Part shown: in pieces, positions 60,458-64,000 of the stretch | Layout: each line of letters starts with the position of its first letter | Position numbering within the stretch: position 1 is the stretch's first letter | From: an uncultured Gemmatimonadales bacterium | GTDB lineage: Bacteria > Gemmatimonadota > Gemmatimonadetes > Gemmatimonadales > GWC2-71-9 | Assembly (NCBI GenBank): GCA_963779755.1 | Contig: CAVZZO010000001.1 | Location: 1,152,001 to 1,216,000 of the forward strand | Length of the DNA: 64,000 nucleotides | Direction of reading: 5' to 3' | The notes under the pieces: model-generated | What the model saw: only the letters and a program-made list of their open reading frames with translations | Database searches by the model: none | What the model was told of the DNA's origin: nothing | Made by a program: the position numbers and the translations under genes

Positions 60458-60603
60458 ACCGCAGAGACGCAGAGGACGCGGAGAATGGAGGGTTCGCACT
60501 GTTCCATCTTTCCCGCCCCCGGACAAGTGCGGATCACGGGCCGTGGCATCGGGCTCACCCGGGAAAAGCCCTCTGGTCTCTGCGTCCTCTGCGCCTCTGC
60601 GGT
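60458..60603. repeat. Inverted repeat ACCGCAGAGACGCAGAGGACGCGGAG ... CTCTGCGTCCTCTGCGCCTCTGCGGT
   Basis: Seen directly: about 26-nt arms built from CGCAGAG units around a spacer of about 90 nt. Confidence 0.85.
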
Positions 60604-60680
60604 AGACCAGCAGGACGGCCTCTCCCCTCTCGGGGATTCGCTTGCGAAATTTTTCACAAGCGGGTAGCTTGGTGCCCGTG

Positions 60681-60914
60681 ATGCCCCCCAATTCCCGGGA
60701 GCAGGGACCGGGGCCGATGCGGTACGCCGGGCTGGGGATCGAACTGGCCGTCATGGTGCTTGCCGGTGTTTTCGGCGGGCAGTGGCTGGACGGTCGTCTG
60801 TCCACCAGCCCCGTCTTTACGGTGCTGGGGCCACTCCTGGCCTTCGGCGGCTGGATGTACAGCCTGATCCGCCAGCTGAACCGGGACGAGGAGCAGCGGA
60901 AAGGCAGGCGGTGA
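60681..60914 (+). CDS. AtpZ/AtpI family protein
   Basis: YAGLGIELA..GQWLDGRLSTSP motif; first gene of the atp operon. Confidence 0.85.
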   Translation: MPPNSREQGPGPMRYAGLGIELAVMVLAGVFGGQWLDGRLSTSPVFTVLGPLLAFGGWMYSLIRQLNRDEEQRKGRR

Positions 60915-61276
60915 CCCCGGGCCGGATTTACCTGACCGGGCTCGCCGGAGCGGGACTGGCGGCTGCCGGCTGTGCGCTGCTGGTGGGGGTACCGGCTGGC
61001 CGGGGGGTCTGGCTGGCGCTGGGGGTCGCGCTGCTGGTGCAGGGCCCGATGGGCTGGTGGCTGGTCCAATCCATCGGTACGCCCCAGGTGGTGGCGGTCT
61101 GGACCCTGGGCATGCTGGCCCGGCTGGGGAGTCTGGCGCTGGTGGGGCTGCTGCTGCTGCCGGCGCTCGGGTGGCCGCTGGCGCCCGGATTGCTGGCCAT
61201 GGCAGTGCTGCTGGTGGCGCTTCTGGCGGTTGAAATTTTCGCGATATGGACGCAAACGCGAGCGGGACGGGAATGA
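60911..61276 (+). CDS. Four-TM membrane protein, AtpI-like
   Basis: GTGA and ATGA overlaps with its neighbours in the atp operon; hydrophobic. Confidence 0.7.
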   Translation: MTPGRIYLTGLAGAGLAAAGCALLVGVPAGRGVWLALGVALLVQGPMGWWLVQSIGTPQVVAVWTLGMLARLGSLALVGLLLLPALGWPLAPGLLAMAVLLVALLAVEIFAIWTQTRAGRE

Positions 61277-62241
61277 AACGAACCGGTCGGTGGCTGGCGA
61301 TCGCGCTGATGGTCCTGCTGGGGGCGGCGGGGACGCTGTCCGCGCAGCAGAGCGAGACGAGCGAAGCCTTCCGCTCGGCGCAGGTGGACCACACGCCCAG
61401 CGAGCGGGAGGTGGACATCATGGGCCACCTCGCCAACTCGCGCTCCATCGAGATTCCCTGGTTCAATCACAGCTATGTGAAGGTGATCACGCTGCCGTCG
61501 ATCCCGCCGATCCGGATCGGCAGTGTGGAGATCGACCTGTCGCCGACCAAGCACTCCGTTTTCCTGGTGTTGGCGGCCGCCATCGTCGGTCTGATCTTCA
61601 TCCTGAGCGGCCGCTCCATCCAGCGGGCGCACGATCGCGGCGAGCCGCCGCGGGGCTTCGCCAACGCGATGGAAGCCACCGCGCTCTACATCCGGCAGGA
61701 GGTGATCCTGCCCAACGTGGGGCCGCACGGCGAGGGCTACGTGCCCTACCTGCTCACCACGTTCTTCTTCATTCTCGCCTGCAACCTGCTGGGCCTCATC
61801 CCCTACGGCGCGACGCCCACGGGCAACATCGCCGTCACCGGCGCCCTGGCGGTGCTGGCGTTCGTCATCATCGAGATCAGCGGGATGCGGAGCCTCGGCT
61901 TCAAGGGCTACCTGGGGACAATTTTCTTCCTTCCTCCGGGCCTGCCGACCATCATGAAGCCGGTGATCCTCCTCATCATGACGCCGATCGAGATCATCGG
62001 GAAGCTGGCCAAGCCGTTTGCGCTGGCCGTCCGCCTCTTTGCCAACATGACGGCGGGGCACGCGCTGGTGCTGGCCCTGATCGGGCTCACGTTCACGTTC
62101 CAGAGCTACGTCGTGGGCGGCGCCGCCTCGGTGATGGCCACCGGCATCATGGTGCTGGAGGTGTTCGTGGCCTTTCTGCAGGCCTTCGTGTTCACACTGC
62201 TGACGGCCGTATTCATCGGGCTGATGCGGGAAGCGCACTAG
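61273..62241 (+). CDS. atpB: F0F1 ATP synthase subunit a
   Basis: NLLGLIP, TPTGNIAVT, PFALAVRLFANMTAGH, LQAFVFTLL. Confidence 0.96.
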   Translation: MKRTGRWLAIALMVLLGAAGTLSAQQSETSEAFRSAQVDHTPSEREVDIMGHLANSRSIEIPWFNHSYVKVITLPSIPPIRIGSVEIDLSPTKHSVFLVLAAAIVGLIFILSGRSIQRAHDRGEPPRGFANAMEATALYIRQEVILPNVGPHGEGYVPYLLTTFFFILACNLLGLIPYGATPTGNIAVTGALAVLAFVIIEISGMRSLGFKGYLGTIFFLPPGLPTIMKPVILLIMTPIEIIGKLAKPFALAVRLFANMTAGHALVLALIGLTFTFQSYVVGGAASVMATGIMVLEVFVAFLQAFVFTLLTAVFIGLMREAH

Positions 62242-62502
62242 CAGGACGGCCCTAATGGACTTCCTCGCGGCCGCTTTTTGAAGGGCCGCTCGGTCGCAGG
62301 GCGGCAGGACGGCAAGGTGAGGAATGCGCGGCGCCCGGCGTCCGGGGCGCAGGCGCCAGGTACTCCGCCGGATGGCGGAGGAAGCCCGCTGGCCTCAGGG
62401 CCGTTGGCGGGTTGCCACGGAGGAGCCGGTTCGGGAGCACCGGCGTGTCCCCGCGGCGGACGCGGACCCCATGAGGCTCCCACCAGGAGTGGAGTGTTCA
62501 AC

Positions 62503-62784
62503 ATGGTGAACCTGCTTGCGATTCTGCAGGAGCCGGCGGTGGCGGATGCCGCGGGCAAGGGCTACGGACTCATCGGCGCCGGCCTGGCCGGCGGCCTGGC
62601 GACGCTGGGCGCCGGTCTGGGCATCGGCCGCATCGGCGGCCAGGCCTGCGACGGCATGGCCCGCCAGCCGGAGAACAGCGCCCGGATTCAGACCGCGATG
62701 ATCATCTCCGCGGCCCTGATCGAAGGCGTCGCGCTCTTCGTGTCCGTCATCGCGCTGCTGATGCAGGGCAAGGTGACGTTCTAG
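62503..62784 (+). CDS. atpE: F0F1 ATP synthase subunit c
   Basis: GAGLGIG, ARQPE, AALIEGVALF; GGAG RBS. Confidence 0.95.
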   Translation: MVNLLAILQEPAVADAAGKGYGLIGAGLAGGLATLGAGLGIGRIGGQACDGMARQPENSARIQTAMIISAALIEGVALFVSVIALLMQGKVTF

Positions 62785-62868
62785 GTAAGCGGTAAGCGGT
62801 GAGCGGTGAGCGGTGAGCGGTATGCGGGATCGCCCGCTCACTGCTCACCGCTCACTGCTCACCGTCAC
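62785..62868. repeat. Inverted heptamer arrays (GTRAGCG)n ... (CYGCTCA)n
   Basis: GTAAGCG x2, GTGAGCG x3, GTATGCG, then CCGCTCA CTGCTCA CCGCTCA CTGCTCA. Confidence 0.9.
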
Positions 62869-62894
62869 GAACCCTCAAGGCGGAAAGAAATCCC

Positions 62895-63443
62895 ATGATG
62901 GTTGCGATGCTTGCGGCTCTCCTCCAGGAGCACGGCGAGGGTGCCCCCGCCGGACCGCTGGTGGTGAACGGCGGCCTGGTGATCTGGACGCTGGTGGTCT
63001 TCATCCTGCTCCTGCTGGTGCTCAGGAAATGGGCCTGGCCGGCCATCCTGGGCGCCGTGGAGGCGCGGGAGGCCCGCCTGGAGCAGCAACTGGCCGATGC
63101 CGAACGCAAGCAGCAGGAAGCGGCGGCCTTGCTGGAGCAGCACAAGAAGCTCATCGCCGATTCGCAGATCGAAGCCCAGGGCATCCTGGCCGAAGCCCGC
63201 CGGGTCGCCGAAGGCGAGCACGGGAAAGCGCTGGAACGGGCCCGGCAGGAGCAGGAAGAGCTGCTGGCGCGCGCCCGCCGGGAGCTGGCCTCCGAGCGGG
63301 ATCGCGCCATTATGGAACTCCGGCGTGAAGCGGTGGATCTCTCGCTGGCCGCGGCATCCAAGCTGGTGAGCCAGCGTCTGGACAGCGCGGGCGACCGCAA
63401 GCTGGTGCAGGACTACCTGGCCAAGCTCGAGGCGGCTTCGTGA
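62895..63443 (+). CDS. atpF: F0F1 ATP synthase subunit b
   Basis: GLVIWTLVVFILLLLVLRKWAWPAI followed by a coiled coil; operon position. Confidence 0.95.
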   Translation: MMVAMLAALLQEHGEGAPAGPLVVNGGLVIWTLVVFILLLLVLRKWAWPAILGAVEAREARLEQQLADAERKQQEAAALLEQHKKLIADSQIEAQGILAEARRVAEGEHGKALERARQEQEELLARARRELASERDRAIMELRREAVDLSLAAASKLVSQRLDSAGDRKLVQDYLAKLEAAS

Positions 63444-63973
63444 GGCCCATTACCATCGCCCGGAACTACGCCGAGGCGCTGTTCGAGCTGGGCGAGAAGT
63501 CCGGGCAGACCGGGCTCTATACCGATCTGATGGATGCCGTGGCCGCCGCCGTGGAGAACGAGCCGCGGGTCCAGGCCGTCATGATGTCGCCCCGGATCAC
63601 CAAACAGGCGAAGGCAAGTCTGCTCGCCGGGGCGCTGCCCGATGCCCCGCGGGAGTTCGTGCTGTTCATTCAGGCGGTGATCCGCCGGGGACGGCAGGGG
63701 CTGTTTCGCCTCATGTCCGACGAGCTGCTGGGGTTCCTCGACCTCAAGTTCAACCGGGTCCATGCGGGGATCACGGTGGCGCGCGAGCCGGACGAGGCTA
63801 TGCGGCAGGCCGTGATCGACGGCCTCAGCCGGGTGCTGGATAAAGAGGTCCTGCCGACTTTCCGGATTGACCCCGAGATTCTGGGTGGTCTGGTGGTCCG
63901 GGTGGGCGACCGTATCTATGACGGATCGGTCCGGCGGCGGATGCTGACGCTGCGGCGGGAGCTGATGAAGTAG
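63440..63973 (+). CDS. atpH: F0F1 ATP synthase subunit delta
   Basis: IARNYAEALF, IDPEILGGLVVRVGDRIYDGSV. Confidence 0.95.
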   Translation: MRPITIARNYAEALFELGEKSGQTGLYTDLMDAVAAAVENEPRVQAVMMSPRITKQAKASLLAGALPDAPREFVLFIQAVIRRGRQGLFRLMSDELLGFLDLKFNRVHAGITVAREPDEAMRQAVIDGLSRVLDKEVLPTFRIDPEILGGLVVRVGDRIYDGSVRRRMLTLRRELMK

Positions 63974-64000
63974 GCCGGGAAAAGGGAAACGGGAAAGGGG

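Noticed and set aside
62242..62502. ncRNA or extra gene between atpB and atpE
   Set aside because: GC-rich with octamer repeat fragments; no recognisable RNA family motif or RBS-supported ORF.
62503..62784. Na+-translocating ATP synthase (suggested by the Na+/H+ antiporter in the window)
   Set aside because: The c subunit has IEGVALF, without the E-S/T and Gln Na+-binding signature.

Overview
High-GC bacterial chromosomal window, most likely Gemmatimonadota (inferred from gene content and protein style, not from a search). Left part: a 5'-truncated RND transporter, a TonB-dependent receptor, UPF0182, a MocR regulator divergent from a 1345-aa secreted protein with a T9SS-like C-terminal domain plus a PorV-family gene, a Na+/H+ antiporter and small stress genes. 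Middle: a type IV pilus locus (pilS-pilR, sigma54-driven pilA, a degenerate enhancer-binding protein, three minor pilins, pilMNOPQ), then aroC-aroK-topA-trmFO-xerC-hslVU-argF-gcvT-mog. Right part: a c-di-GMP signalling locus, a lipoprotein, moxR and the start of the atp operon. The best candidate for an undescribed system is at about 52.2-58 kb. There a conserved hypothetical gene, an unannotated 21-aa Trp-terminated peptide and a membrane HD-GYP receptor face a SARP/STAND/TPR regulator. The peptide, receptor and only the TPR part of the regulator lie in a low-GC cassette whose boundary falls inside the regulator gene, resembling a swappable specificity module. Also notable: a hydrogenase-like Fe-S diguanylate cyclase, many D-(S/T)-x motifs in exported proteins, and intergenic inverted heptamer/octamer arrays. 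No rRNA, tRNA, CRISPR array or transposase was seen. All assignments come from reading motifs by eye.
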